A stretch of DNA of 64,000 nt. It comes from Paraphysomonas bandaiensis. Lineage: Eukaryota > Protista > Chrysophyceae. Location: contig CBFFRP010000046.1 in assembly GCA_965644295.1 (NCBI GenBank), forward strand, positions 62,001 to 126,000, given 5' to 3'. Shown here in pieces: positions 26,193 to 39,500 of this stretch (position 1 is its first letter; every line of letters starts with the position of its first letter). The notes under the pieces were generated by a model, which was not told the DNA's origin, searched no databases, and saw only the letters and a program-made list of their open reading frames with translations. The position numbers and the translations under genes are program-made.

Positions 26193-29100
26193 GGTAGCGA
26201 ATGCTAGTTGTAGGGATGGGGAAGATGACAAGAAGCTACGGTTTGACAAGAACCAAGCAGACTATTCAGCGAGAAAAATCAAGATGCATCTAATGAAGAA
26301 AAACCGAAACCATCTTGGCTTGGAGGACCCGCCAGCCGGAGGAAGGAATTTAGAGTCATGGAGAGAGCGTAATGATACCTGTGTTAGTACTATTTGGGAG
26401 GCTTGCGAGCATGACCCTGATGTGTTGGAGGTAGCCAATCAATATTTGGAGGGGAAGGCAATTTTACCTGCTGATGATCCTGCTAAGGAGGTGTTATCCA
26501 GTGAGCTCCTTCAGACACTGGTTGATAGGTTCAGAGGCGAGATTGGGACGGTATTGGAGAAGACTACGGCAGAATACCATTCGTTCAAAATAAGGCCGGG
26601 GGAAAAGGTGTCTGTTGGGGTAGATCGACTGAACGGTATAATCCAGAAGCTCATAAAATTGGGACAACCGCAGACAGAGGCAAGTAAATTAGCAAAGATA
26701 AAAGCAGCGCTGCAGATAGAGGAATTACATGATTTATGGATGTCGGTAGCGATGATGCCTAAAGCAACAACTACATTTGATTCGGTGAAAGAGGCTTGTG
26801 AAGAGTATGACGAGGCTATGACGCAGCTGAAGAAACTAAAGGGAGACAAATCTGAAGAGATCAATTTTACGGCGTCGAAGGAGCCAGTGGTTTGTTCATT
26901 TTGTCGGAAGAAGGGACATGTAGCAGCGAATTGTTATGCTAAGGAACGACAAAGAAAAATGGATAAGTTCAAAAGAAAAGGGAAGACAAAGGAAAAGGCT
27001 TCGAAGAGTGTGCAGCAGCCAGGATCAAAGGATTATACTGGTTGTCATATCTGTGGAGATTTTAGTCATAAAGCCCGACAGTGCAAGTCGAAAAAACGGA
27101 AGAACATAAAAAACCCGGATAATGAGAATCCTCGAAAATCGAACAGGAAATTCGAGACAGAATGGAAGAAATACGTCAACGACGGAGAGTCGTCGGATGA
27201 TGAAGCGAATATGTTTGGAGAAGAGGTTTTGCTATCGGTGGATACGTCGGAAGAACCTCGTGTATATCTGGACAGTTGTGCAAGTAAAAGACTGTTTATA
27301 GTAAAGGATAAAATTGCACTGGAGTCATTTACTCCTGAGTTTGGGGCAATCCAACTAACTAGAAAGGGTTCTCAATTGGAGACACAGGGAACTGGTACAT
27401 TCGGGGAATGGAGAGACATCAGAGTTAGTGAAGAAGCGGTGAAGAACATTGTGTCAGGAGGGATGCTGAGATCAATGGGATACGGATTACAACTGCTTCG
27501 AAAGCCTAAAATCGTGGAATTGGACTCTGGAAACGAGGTGTTGACTGGAGAGTACGATGAGCATGGAGGGATGCCGTATGTGGACTTGATGGAGGTGTTA
27601 AATCTGCCAAATGTGTCTATGTGCAATCAGATGGAGGAGGTAAATTTGTCGGATAATACAGGACAAGATGCGTTGGATCGCTTACATGAGCGTACTGGAC
27701 ATGTCTCGAAATCGAAGTTATTAGAAGCTCACCGACACATGTTATTCAGAGGATCAGGACTACAACGACATCACCTTTCGAAGGCAAAGGAGAAGAGTTG
27801 CAAGAAACCCCTGTGTAAATGGTGTGCCAAGGCGAAGATAACCAGGCATTCGTTCAAATCACGGGACAACGAAGAGCTAAGCGCAGTCAGGTTCCTGGAA
27901 AGAGTAACAGCGGACATCTCCGTCTATCTCAATTGTGAATCCAGACAAGGGTATAAGTACGTGCTCCTATTTACGGACTTAGCAACAAAGATGATATGGG
28001 AATATGGACTGAGGACTCGAAGCGGAGAGGAGGTGTTCAAATGTCTACGACACTTGTGCGAGGTCCACTTAGTGAAGTACGAGGGGTGGAACCGTATAGT
28101 GGAGTATCATGCCGATGGAGGATCCGAACTTATTAGTCAGCAGATAAGAGAGTATCTGTTGCAGCGATATGGGACTCGGGTGTCACATACAACACGAGAC
28201 ACGCCAGAGCTCAACGCGGTGTCTGAGAGGAAATTCCGAACAATTGGGGAGATGACACTGACGATGTTGACGGCATCTGGACTTCCAAAGTCGTTCTGGT
28301 TTGATGCTTATCAAACTGCATGTTACATTGTGCGACGAATGCCAACTCGGACGTGGCAAGGATGGATGTCTCCATATGAGTGTGTCCCAGGGGGAGCGTT
28401 CCCAGCCTATCGTGGCTACGGAAATGGGGGTGCAAAGCATATGTGCTAACACCCAAGGCCGACAGGAGGAAGGACTGGGAGGACAAAGCAATGACAGGTT
28501 ATTTCATAGGGTATCCAGCTGATCGAAAAGGATACAAGGTGCTAGTGGGGGACACCGTAGTACACTCTGTACATGTATTATTTGATGAATCGGTACCTGA
28601 GAGGTCTCAGGATTATTATAGAGAGCTGGAGGAGGCTCAAGTGGCTATAGATCCCGAGGCTCGTCAACCGGGTGAGTTTGAGTATCTTATCGGAAAGCAC
28701 CATGAGGATGGTGGTCTGCTATACAAGACTAACAGAGTGGTGATAAGGAAGGGACTTATTGTAGGATACCGGTCGTTGGTTACTGGTAACCAGGTTCAAG
28801 TGGAGGATAAAACTCCTATTCATATTGCTGACATCAAGAAGATGACAGAGGATCTTGCGCAGAGGGTGGTTAGGGCCAGAGTTACTGACAACCGTGACGG
28901 CGGTATCAGCGGAGTGGTGCCACAGCAGTCGGAAAGTGGGCAGGTGCAGCCCCAGGCTGACTCAGCATTACCTTCGGGGGAAGGGACCCCTGCCGAGAAT
29001 CATCCGCACGGCAAACGCGCAAGAACTCCAAGGACGGTAACGAATGTGTCGGTGTTAGGACAAATCCATCATTTGAGTGATGAGAGTGATGTGAGTGACC

Positions 29101-29888
29101 TTTTACAGGAGGCAGACTCAGTGTGGATGTCAGCGGAAGAGTCGACAGTGCCTCAGACACATCGTGAGTCCTTGGAGAGTGCCGAGCACAGGGAGTGGAG
29201 ACGAGCTCGCCGTGTAGAGCGAGAGGGTTTGGCGAAGCGAGACACCATGGAGGTGACTCGTATACCGGACGGAGTCGTCCCACTGCACTCCAAGTACGTC
29301 TATGGAAAGAAGTACGATAAGGAGGGAGAGGTCCGCCGATATAAGGCTCGTCTTGTAGCAATCGGTTGTGGACAGCAGTCGAGTGGTTGGGCGAACCATT
29401 TCGCACCCGTTGTTAAGGGGGTAACAGTGCGACTGTTAATCGCCATAGCTTTCGTGATGAACATGGTAATTCATCAACTGGATGTGTCTAACGCATTTCT
29501 ATATGCAGATATAGAGGGGGATGTATATATGAAGGCAACTCCGGACTTTCAGCTGCCTGAGGGGTACTGCTTTAAGTTGAAGAAGTCGTTATACGGGCTT
29601 CGGAGTTCCCCGCGGTCGTGGTGGAAAACATTGGATAAATTCATACGATCTATGCATTTTAAACCATGTGTATTAGACCCGTGTTTGTATTATCAGTATA
29701 AGGGCGATGAATTGATATTATTAACGATATATGTGGATGATATCCTAGTGTTAGGTCGTGATGTCAACATAGTGAAGGATATTAAAGCTCAACTGTGTGC
29801 CCGGTTTGATATGAAGGATATGGGCGAGATGGAACATTTTCTGAATGTTTATAATTTCATCTTATCAGTTGAGAATAGAAAACCTTAG
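26176..29888 (+). mobile_element. Ty1/copia gag-pol, LTR-less, one frameshift, truncated within RT
   Basis: Two zinc knuckles (CSFCRKKGHVAANC, CHICGDFSHKARQC) and protease YLDSCAS. Integrase has HHCC plus D (TADIS), D (HADGG) and E (AVSER). RT has YKARLVA, QLDVSNAFL, KKSLYGL and YVDD. PR-IN-RT order defines copia. Frameshift at the G run 28390-28394; no RNase H. Confidence 0.95.
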
Positions 29889-29911
29889 CAAATAATGTCA
29901 ACTTCTGTTAT
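29844..29911 (+). repeat. 68-bp direct repeat, right copy
   Basis: Identical to 26125-26192. Confidence 0.95.
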
Positions 29912-30358
29912 TGACACATAAACGCCTATTTTGCTAATAATAGGACATTCACTACTACTATGCGGGAAAGGTTGCTATATGAATTACTTCATACACATCA
30001 GAAAAGGCATCAATTACTACTGAGTGTACATTATTCCCAAACGCAATGAGAAAATACTAAAATGCACATTTTCGGATCATAGTAGAAAGAGGAAACTATT
30101 TCGCAAAATGACCATGCCAGTATCAAATTATATTTAATATTATTTCCAGTGCATTAGCGCTATATATGAGCACAACCGGCTAGCTAATAACCGTCGTTAT
30201 AACCTACAACTAACTATAGATTACCCCAAACCAAATGCTAAAAGCTATATCGGTGCCACAATGGACATCAACATCAAGCAGGGCATAGAGAAATAGGACA
30301 TTGTTCGTTGTCAAAGCAACGTGGCTTCCATATAGGAGGCGGCGTCTCAATAGAGAGC

Positions 30359-31390
30359 TTAGAGTGAAGGAAAGGCCGAGGCATCATTGATGTCGACGCG
30401 AGATTCCTGACCACCCTTACGAGGTCCAGGAGCTCCCCGGCCTCTTCCGCCTCTGCCCTCCCCTCTTCCTCCACGACCACGGCCACCTCTGGCCTCGCGA
30501 CGATCATTGCGCTCTTGCTCAGAGGGACCACAAGAAAATCCGACGTCCAGAACCTGAGCATTCTTGGCTGCAAGCGCATATCAGTGACACTCAGAATAGC
30601 ATATCAATGTACTCACCGGAACGCTTGTCCTTCTTGTTGCGCTGAGAAGACTTGGCACCGCCCAAAGCAATGAAGGTGTCTTCTTCCTCCTCCTTGGTCC
30701 TCAAGCCAGAAAAGTCAGCCTCAACCTTGCGAACAGAGACCTCCCCAAAAATTTCGGCATTAGCACGGGAGCTGTTGCGAGTAGCGAGGTACTCATCGAG
30801 AGTGTATGTGGGCACCTCAGGCTCAGCCTCTACCTCAGGCTCGGCAACCCATCCGACAGCCTCGGCACCCTCCTCACCGGAGGCAGTAGCCTCGACATCA
30901 ATGTCCTCTTTCACAGCCTGCTCGGCCTCCTTGTTGGGGTTGCCCCAGTTGGCCTTTCCAGCACCGCCCTTTGCAACTTCCTTTCCACTAATGATAATGA
31001 GTTAGAGAAAACCTAATCCACTACAGCATTGCTCACCGTCCAGTGCCACTGCGTCTGTCAAACTCACGCTTTCTAGGAGGAGCATCTCCCTTCTCGTGTT
31101 TGCCGCCACGGCCAGATCGACCCCCTCTGTTGCCGCGCCCTCCTCCACGACCAGATCCGGGCTTCTCAGAAGCAGATGGGGCTGACTCCACTACAGGGGC
31201 GGGAGCGGCCTTTGATTTGGTCTGGTTTCCTTTATTTGCCCCTATAGATATGTATATATGAGCACACGCACACATATGTATATATATGCAGACACACACC
31301 ACTCTTAGTGTTAGTTGAGGTCTTGGAGGTAGACACCTTTGTGAATGTCTCATCCTCATCATCTGATTCAAGAACAGAAAAGAAATTCAT
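30359..31390 (-). CDS. SERBP1/HABP4/Stm1-family RGG RNA-binding protein
   Basis: Start MNFFSVLESDDE, RGG boxes, KREFDRRSGTGR, KGGAGKANWG, TLDEYL and C-terminal IDINDASAFPSL*-type motif. Confidence 0.88.
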
Positions 31391-31670
31391 GACTTACACC
31401 TTCTCTATACTGCGAATGATGCTGACTGCTCTTTTAATGCAATTAGAATCCGCACTGTGAAACAAACACAACGCAAGCAGTCTGATTTGGTGGACTACAG
31501 CAGCAGTGGTGAAGAAAAAACACAAAAACGGGAAGATATGAGTCACTGATATACTCACCCCACGATAAGAGGCATCTTGAAGAGGACCGAGAGAAGTTTC
31601 AGTTTATGCTTTTTATGTGAGATGCTGTATTCTCATCAGTATTTTCTGTATTTGGCAGACACGAACTACG

Positions 31671-31833
31671 TACCTACCTACCTACCTACCTACCTACATA
31701 CAGTACATACATACATACATACATACATACATACATACATACATACATACATACATACATACATACATACATACATACATACATACATACATACATACAT
31801 ACATACATACATACATACATACATACATACATA
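31671..31833 (+). repeat. (TACC)n + (TACA)n tetranucleotide microsatellite
   Basis: About 6 TACC units, then about 32 TACA units, between divergent genes. Confidence 0.97.
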
Positions 31834-31907
31834 CACAGCAAGGGTTAGAATCATGCAGTGTTTGATCTATTGAACAGATCATCATTACTTAGAATACTCT
31901 GGTAGCT

Positions 31908-33147
31908 ATGGCTGCTGAGCTGCCCACACCCGTCGTTGATCTGAAGAAGACCTCCAAGTATTTCTCTCTATGTCTGAGGGGTCTGCCGCATCACTATACG
32001 GGACTCGACACGAGCCGCTTGAGTGCAGTGAGTTACATGCATATGACACCATCCTCTTAACTGTATTCGTGTGTATACGTGTATATACAGGTGTATTTCG
32101 CTGTGCTGGGACTGGATATGATCGGAGAGAGAGCGCAGATACCCCTTCAAGATACTGTTCATCACATCTTGTCTCTGCAGCTGTCGTTTCATCCACAATG
32201 CAGGCGTGTTGGTTACTCGGGATTCTTAGGATCAGCTTATTTGGGAGAGATTGTTAATGAGAGTTGCTGTGTGGTTGATGGGGAGTGTCGCACGCATAGA
32301 GATGAGTCCGTTCAGGCGGGATTTCATTTCTTTCAGGTTTATGAGTTGTATCCCTCCAACTGCAATAACAGTGTAACGGTAGGGCCATATCGCGATGACG
32401 TATACTGCCATTGTAGCGCTGGTAGCTCTCGGAGATGATTTATCTGGCATAAATAAAGCGTCTATTATTGCGGGGCTGAAAGAGCTACAGGACCCCAGCG
32501 GTGCCTTCCGCAGCACATATTCTCCGTGTGAGTGCGATATGCGGTTCTTGTATTGTGCCTGCGCAATATCAGCAATATTGGGAGACTGGAGTGGTGTAAA
32601 TGTAGATAGAGCAGTGAACTATGTTAGGAGCTGTGTTACATATGAAGGAGGAGTGGGTCTCGTGCCCGGAGCGGAGGCGCATGGGGGTTCCACATACTGC
32701 GCTCTGGCCTCCTTGCAGTTGATGGGTCGACTGGACGCGCTGTCCTCAATGGAGAAAGACACAATGCTACGCTGGTGCTTGCGAAGGTGGGTCCTATATT
32801 GGTCATGTTTTTTCCGGTAACATTGGCTTTCTAGGCAAGACTCTGGATTTTCTGGGCGGACCAACAAGACCAATGACACCTGCTACTCCTTCTGGATTGG
32901 TGCTTCTATTCACATCCTTGGAGGATTTCCGCTGACGGATGTGTTATCAACCCGTGGGTTTGTTGCCGGGAAATGTCATAGTGTAGCCACTGGTGGGTTT
33001 GGAAAAACTCCTGCGGCACCTCCAGATATTCTCCATTCGTTTTACTCACTTGCATGGCTTTCCTTGGCCGAGGAGCCCGGTACCCACATGATAGATACTT
33101 CCATAGGATTACGTCAAGATAGGAGCCCTCCGTTGTATCAACCCTAA
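31908..33147 (+). CDS. PGGT1B: Geranylgeranyltransferase type I beta subunit
   Basis: LPHHYTGLDTSRLSA|VYFAVLGLDM, HIAMTYTA, ECDMRFLYCA, EAHGGSTYCA, GRTNKTNDTCYSFWIG and DILHSFYSLA. Confidence 0.92.
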
Positions 33148-33398
33148 TATATCTGTACAATTTACGTGCGTATTGTAATTGTAATTGGATTTAATACAGT
33201 ATTGATTTTGTGTGGGGTGGTTGCTCGTATCGTTTGTTGGAAAAGTGATATCTACTTTGCGAACTATATTTAGAGCCAATATGGGTGTAGTGCACTACGA
33301 TATATTTCTTCATAATATTTCTATTCATGTATTTATCGAGTCAGAGCCTGGCCATTACTTAAAGAAACGAAAAAATGGAGATTTAAGTCTTCCCTTCA

Positions 33399-34515
33399 TA
33401 TATGAAAGTCTGATTATTACATGAGTACCGGTTGCGTACAGAAACTAGTTTATGTCTATAGACTAGCTAATAACTAGATTTGCTATATACTACTAGTGGC
33501 GGGCAACAGTCTCGGGACAGCTTGTGCATCGCTGCGAGCACCATGGTGCAACCGTCCCTTGTAGTGAGGTTAGTCGGGGGGTCTACCTTTGGGCAATGTG
33601 TCTGGCGGGCCTGTGCCATGAATTATGTGGGGGGTGGGTGAGGCGAGATGTATATGAGAGTGCAAGTCGGTGGTGGAGATGGTGCTGGTTGTTGAGGTGG
33701 GGTTTCGGCCACAGGTAAGGAGGAGTTGTTTCCGGAGTGGTTGCGCTTGCCTCTGTCGGGTTTGAACTCTTGTGGAGGATAGAATTCTAGGGGTGGTTGT
33801 CACCTGAGTACTTTATTGAGCAACACTAAGTAAGGGTGTTTATAACAACTTAGTTGTAATAGAACACTAAGTAAGGGTGTTTATAACAACTTAGTTGTAA
33901 TAGAACCCTGTTCTCCAACACAGCAACTTGCTCCTCCAAAGAATTTATCATTCCATCTTTATCTAAAAGTCTCCCCTTAATTTATCTAAAAGGGGTGGAT
34001 GTCGCCTGGAGTAGCTGGAGTACCTTTGGTGTCGGGTGAGTATCCTGGGGCTGGCGTTGCTTTGCGTGTGTCGGGACCGGTGTCGCCGGTGCCGTGTCTA
34101 CGTTGTGGTGTCTGTGTCCCCTATTGCGAAGCATGCGGAGCCCTCCATCATACAGGGGAAGTAGGATAGAGGCGATGGATTTTTCTAGGGCGTGGAATTG
34201 ATGTTCGAGCAGTGAGCTGGATATGTGGCGTCCGAATGCGTCGGCCATTTGTGTGGCAGTAATGTGGCCGGTCCAGTAGCGCTCAACCTGGGGGGTGGTT
34301 GGGTTCCATGCGGCTTTGGCTAGTTTGGTTATGGCGGTGTAAAACCAGGGATGGGGGAGCGTGCGTGTGCGAAGTTTGTCAAGCTTATTGTGGTGTGCTT
34401 GGTGGACATCTTCACGTATGTGAATGATGTCAGGGTGAGTGCAGGTGAGAAGCATGTGCGCCATGTTGTCTGTGAGTCTTCCCTTCAGGGAATGCCGTTC
34501 CACTGAGTAATTCAT
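33399..34515 (-). mobile_element. Non-LTR retrotransposon (LINE) 3' fragment with 3' UTR, interrupted at ~33805-33985
   Basis: HMLLTCTHPDIIHIR...RYWTG resembles the C-terminal Zn-binding region of LINE ORF2. The downstream UTR has a GNRA hairpin and ends taataatcagactttcatatat, like the SINE-like family. Confidence 0.6.
33822..33903 (+). repeat. 41-bp tandem duplication
   Basis: aacactaagtaagggtgtttataacaacttagttgtaatag x2. Confidence 0.95.
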
Positions 34516-34734
34516 ATAGCACAGCTGTATGGTGAACTCTAAACTTTAAAATACACTCTACTTTTTGACGTGTACAATACTACATTAGGTGCTCGCTTTT
34601 GAGCTTTGTAAAGTGTAAAGTACAAATATACTTTATATATATTATAAAAAGATAAAAAGACATTCCTCTGTACGAGAATGTAAAATGCATCTCGTTAATT
34701 GTACCCATTATATCACAAAGGTCCGTACGTACGT

Positions 34735-35237
34735 ATGTATTAGTATTAATTTCATATCAATTTCAGGTTAACGGTGTCGATTATTTAGAACTGAACGATC
34801 CACATGATGCAAGTGACAAGTTAGTACCCCTCAACAAACTCGGACTCGCACCTTGTCGTGTGGTGATCTGGGGGATAAGTACCGGAGATATTTCTCCGGG
34901 AAACTAACACGAACCGCATAATATTATATAGTCATCAAATCTAGTTCTGCTTACTAATAGCCATATAATATATATGATTGTGTGGTACAAGGGACACTAA
35001 TAAGTGTAACTTGTGTAGACGTCTTTGTGCCTTGACGAATAAACAGTCAACGGAAATGGGCCCACCTCAAGGGCACCCAGCATGTTCACCATAAGGACTC
35101 AAAAGTCCTGAAGGCAACAGATGTCAGGTATATCAAAATTCTGTTTGCTCACTGTGTTTTCTTTGTGTGATAGGTGTTAGAGCGAAAGTGGTTGCACCGT
35201 GGTGCTTGCGGTGACACGCAAGCAGCTTTTGTGGCGC
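34735..35237 (+). mobile_element. SINE-like family copy (long subfamily, 3' tail missing)
   Basis: ccctcaacaaactcggactcgcacc...gtaccggagatatttctccggg...ggtgcttgcggtgacacgcaagcagc. Confidence 0.72.
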
Positions 35238-36558
35238 TTAAAGCACAAACTCCTGATGAAACAATTTTAACGTTATTTCTGAAAAGAGCTACTATTGGAA
35301 TTGATTATGATTTAATTCAAACGTAATGGAGAGCTATCTTCATTTAAAATACTTAGGATTAATAGAGATTTCAGGTTAGAAATAGATGGAGACCCACACA
35401 CCCACAAGTAGAAAATTTCAAGTAGATAAACGAAATGAACATATTGTAAAAAGAGATATTCCGATCATACCTCAAGATTGATAAATATTAAATTTAGGTT
35501 CACCATATTGCTTGAAATATTACTTCATATAGACTAATGTTCGTGTGTAGTGACGCCAATATATTATTCAATTTTTGTGTCCACTGCACAAGAATCTGTT
35601 TTACATCTAGTATTGGCATTCATGTGTAATATAGAGAACACCACGATAGTAGATGTCGTCTACTGAATGGTACATCCAGGTTCTATATATTAGCATAATC
35701 GACTACACAGTAACCCTAATCATTACATAGCTCTCGTATGAACTGATCACCTTATGACATTCTACTTTCTATATTGTAGAAACCAGATGTAATGACTACG
35801 GGTGATTGAGCCTCGCTATCATGACTAACATTGCTGGTCTTATCATCCCTGTCCATGTGCACAGGTGATGTGGGGTAGGATAGTCTTCTAACAACACTCT
35901 TCACTTAACTTCCTCTTCTTACTCTTTACTTCGCTACTTCTTAACTTTCAACTCAACTACGATATCAACTTTCACTATTATATCTAAAACTCCATATCCT
36001 TCTACCTATATCCCCATAGTTAATTCTAGAAGTGGTTTCCCAGCCATAAATAGCTAGTTTTCTACTTCCAGAAATAATCATATAGAAATCCCTTAACATC
36101 CTGCTATCTACTCCTATATCATCCTACAGAATACCTACGTATACCATCATAATACTGTACGGGTTACCATGAACGTCCGTTACATCCGTATGTACGGGTA
36201 GTTCCGGTACCCTCCAACCCTATATATCTGGCCTTAATACTCGTATCTTCTAATCTAATCATAACTACCATCTACATCTCATCTCATACTACAACCTACA
36301 TCACTTCATCTTATTCTTCAGCCATAACAACCTCCTAAATCACCCATACTTGACATACCCAATTTTGCTACACAGACAATATGGGCTTAGTAACTGATAC
36401 AATTCAGAACTGAAGTACTGCATTAAAAAAACACACACAAAAAGAAGCTTATTATTAGCATCTATTATTGTCACCACTACAATATTACATATTCGACATT
36501 TATATCACGGAATGAGTGTGATTCATACATAGCACATAGAAACACTGTACTAAATATA

Positions 36559-39500
36559 TCATCCAGATCTCTCATTGATGCTTACTCCATCTAAATCAAT
36601 CGCAGAAGCACAAGTAATACACACTTGTACGAAACAACCAGTCGATTCGTTTTCAACTGTTCTGAATTCTTTCCTATGGGAATCCTTCCTCTCGGTACTC
36701 AACGCTATCAGCTCATCGTACGAGAAATCAACAGCGGCTACTGTTTTGGGGTCTACTTCTCCTTCCCTGCCCTTCTGCAGAACAATCCTACACGAGCGTA
36801 TATCACCAGGAGATGTACTCTCACAGGCAATGATTTCTTTAGAACTCATTATTAAAGTACCATCCTCACATCTCTCAATGGGAATTTCGTGCTTTCCAGT
36901 ATCACAAGTGATGACGCACAATAGATCAGATACTGAGGAGACATCAACCGGGACCATACTGCCTACATTGTGAATACTTTGTATTTGCAACGACACCTGT
37001 TTGCGTTCTCCTTGAGGGGTGCTGCTACGGTTGTTGCTCGTATATGACATGTCATCAGACAGATGACTAAAGTTGTCCCCGCCACGAGATGCCACTGACG
37101 AGCGCATTCTTTTACTCGATGCCATTGACCTATTGTCACTGAACTTTGCCATAGGAGTAGAAAGCATTGGGCTGGCAAGGGCCTCCGGGGACCGCGAGCG
37201 CTCAGCAGACAGGGCATTATCACGATTTATATCTGCTTCGTCGTTATCATGTTTCAAGTGAAAAACAATTTTGTCCAGCGTCTCGCCAATACTGGACTGA
37301 AACTGATGGATCTTTGCCTGCAGATTTTTGTCTGCCGACTCGACGTCAGAGCTTAGATGACTACGAAGTTCATCCTCAGCAGAACTAGTAACTGCAAGCC
37401 GCATGGCTCTATTCATCGGAAACCATCCTATGTCATTGGAGTCTAAACTCCGCCTTACATACTGCTCCAGTCCATCATCATCGTCTTTGTCCTGTTCCCA
37501 TACGTAAATGATAAAATATAAATAGTTCCACATGTTGTGATCAAAACGGATGTGTGTTTTGAATCCGTTCGGAGTGTCTGCTGCTCGGTCGAAAATTTGT
37601 TTGTCAATACCACACATGAAACACTTCTCAGTCGTGTCGTGTAAACGTTCAATTTTCTTCGATCGAAGGTCACCAAAGGTATCAATAATGATACCGAAGA
37701 TGACGTTGAGAAGAACAATAAGCACAATCAAAAAGTAAATGACGTCGATAGCATATCTTGTGTCGAGGGTGTGCGTCATTAAATCACCAGTTCCGTTCTG
37801 CAGACGAACTCCGTACCCAACACAATACTTAAAGCACTTATACAGGTTTTCGCAGTCTTTCTTCGTCTCGCCATCCAGAAATTCGTCTCTAAAATTGAAG
37901 AACTAAAGTACAATTAGATAAACGCAGAGTAATACAGTTCACAATACTCACAATAAAGAAAGAGAAAATGTACGTGACAAAAATTCCCAGCAGTAGAGTC
38001 ATAGCCAGCTGCTTTCTAGGGTTGATGACGGCTAGTAATACGTCTCTAGTGGTGGAGTTTTTCACAATGATGTCAAGAAGTAAAAACGTCAGAAATATGT
38101 CACTGTAATTGATTGCCAGAAGACAAAAAATCATGTAAACAAAGTAATACATCGTTAGAGCGTCCACTGAGGTATAAACAACAGTCATTAGCTTGCTATA
38201 ACCAGCAGCTTCGTAATGCTGATACTTAACGGGAACTCTGACTACCAAGAAAAGAATCAGAGTGAAGGTTGCGAATACCAGCTGGAATGTGTTCAGTGCG
38301 TCCACAACGATGCGGATTTCCTCAGGCATGCGTGGACCATCACCTCCCTTAGCAGTATAGTAGCAGAGGAGTAGCAGGTTAATTATGCATGCCAGGAAAA
38401 ATGATATCCACGTCGCTCTATTTTGGTTAGCTCGACTGAATATACCACTAACGTGCCACTCCTTCAATACCTGTTGGTGCTTTATCTCGCGGTAAAGCTC
38501 ATGAGATCGAAATACAAAATCTTGGAGCTTACTTTCCAGGTTACTTCTGTCTACATCTTCAACGAGCGCATCCTTTGATGCCTTGGCTAAATCAAAGCAT
38601 ATCTTAGGAATATGAAAAAAACGTCTTTGTAACTCGCCACGCCACAATATCTCCACACAAGCCACCTCCGCACCGACAATATCCGTTGCATCCTTCACAA
38701 ACTGCAACTCATTCCTTAGACTAGGTTTGTAATCGCAAAGCATCTGCAGCAGCACCAGCGATTCTGTTCTCAAAACTGTGGTCGCCTCGGCCACTTCTTC
38801 AGAGTCTATCTCATCTTCTTCGGTGGAAGGAGCACACATGAGCTCAATGATGTCCAAGTGAATAACACTCAACACTCTCTCGTAAACAGTCTTTAATCCA
38901 CCTTGCCCTTCAAGCAATCCTTGTAAAATATCGATACCCGTCTTCTTCAGTTCCAACTCTTCCACAGGGACGCAGTCCCTAACCGGCTTCGTGCGCATTA
39001 GTCTGTTGATGGTCTCCACCAATTCCGTGTTCAGCACAAAGTGCTCTTGATTTTTCTGACACGGCCCTTGTATTACCTCTAATATAGTAGCTGAAACACG
39101 AGTTCCTGCATTAGTTGACGTCCTACACGGTATACGACTGACGCAATTCAGGTACGAAACAAAATCGTCAAGAAGGTTTACGGATGAGGCGTTATTCGGT
39201 TGCTCGCGCATAATATCCTGGTTCGGTTGGTAGTGTCCCTCGCACATCAGCTGCAAAAATCGAACTATTACAATATCTTCAGGAAGGTCGGGCTCTTCGT
39301 CTTCTTCTAAAACAATAACGTCATTCCATTTGTGCCAGTTGATCAAGTCCTGAATGGAAATACGCATTTGCCTGAAGAAGAGTTCAGAATCATTGTTGTC
39401 CAGGTAGTCGAACATAGTTTGCTGTACAGGCAGGTTCCCTCCCTCTAGAAAGAGCATTGCCACACACAGTTTTACAGACTCCAGCATTAGACCAGCATCA

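Noticed and set aside
26125-29911. 68-bp direct repeats as LTRs
   Set aside because: No TG...CA ends, very short, and the right copy interrupts RT with no RNase H or polypurine tract before it.
31577-31885. HTYI/MYVC-repeat ORFs
   Set aside because: Translations of the (TACA)n microsatellite.
33822-33903. 41-bp repeat pair as a CRISPR array
   Set aside because: Only two directly adjacent copies, no spacers, no cas genes, eukaryotic context.
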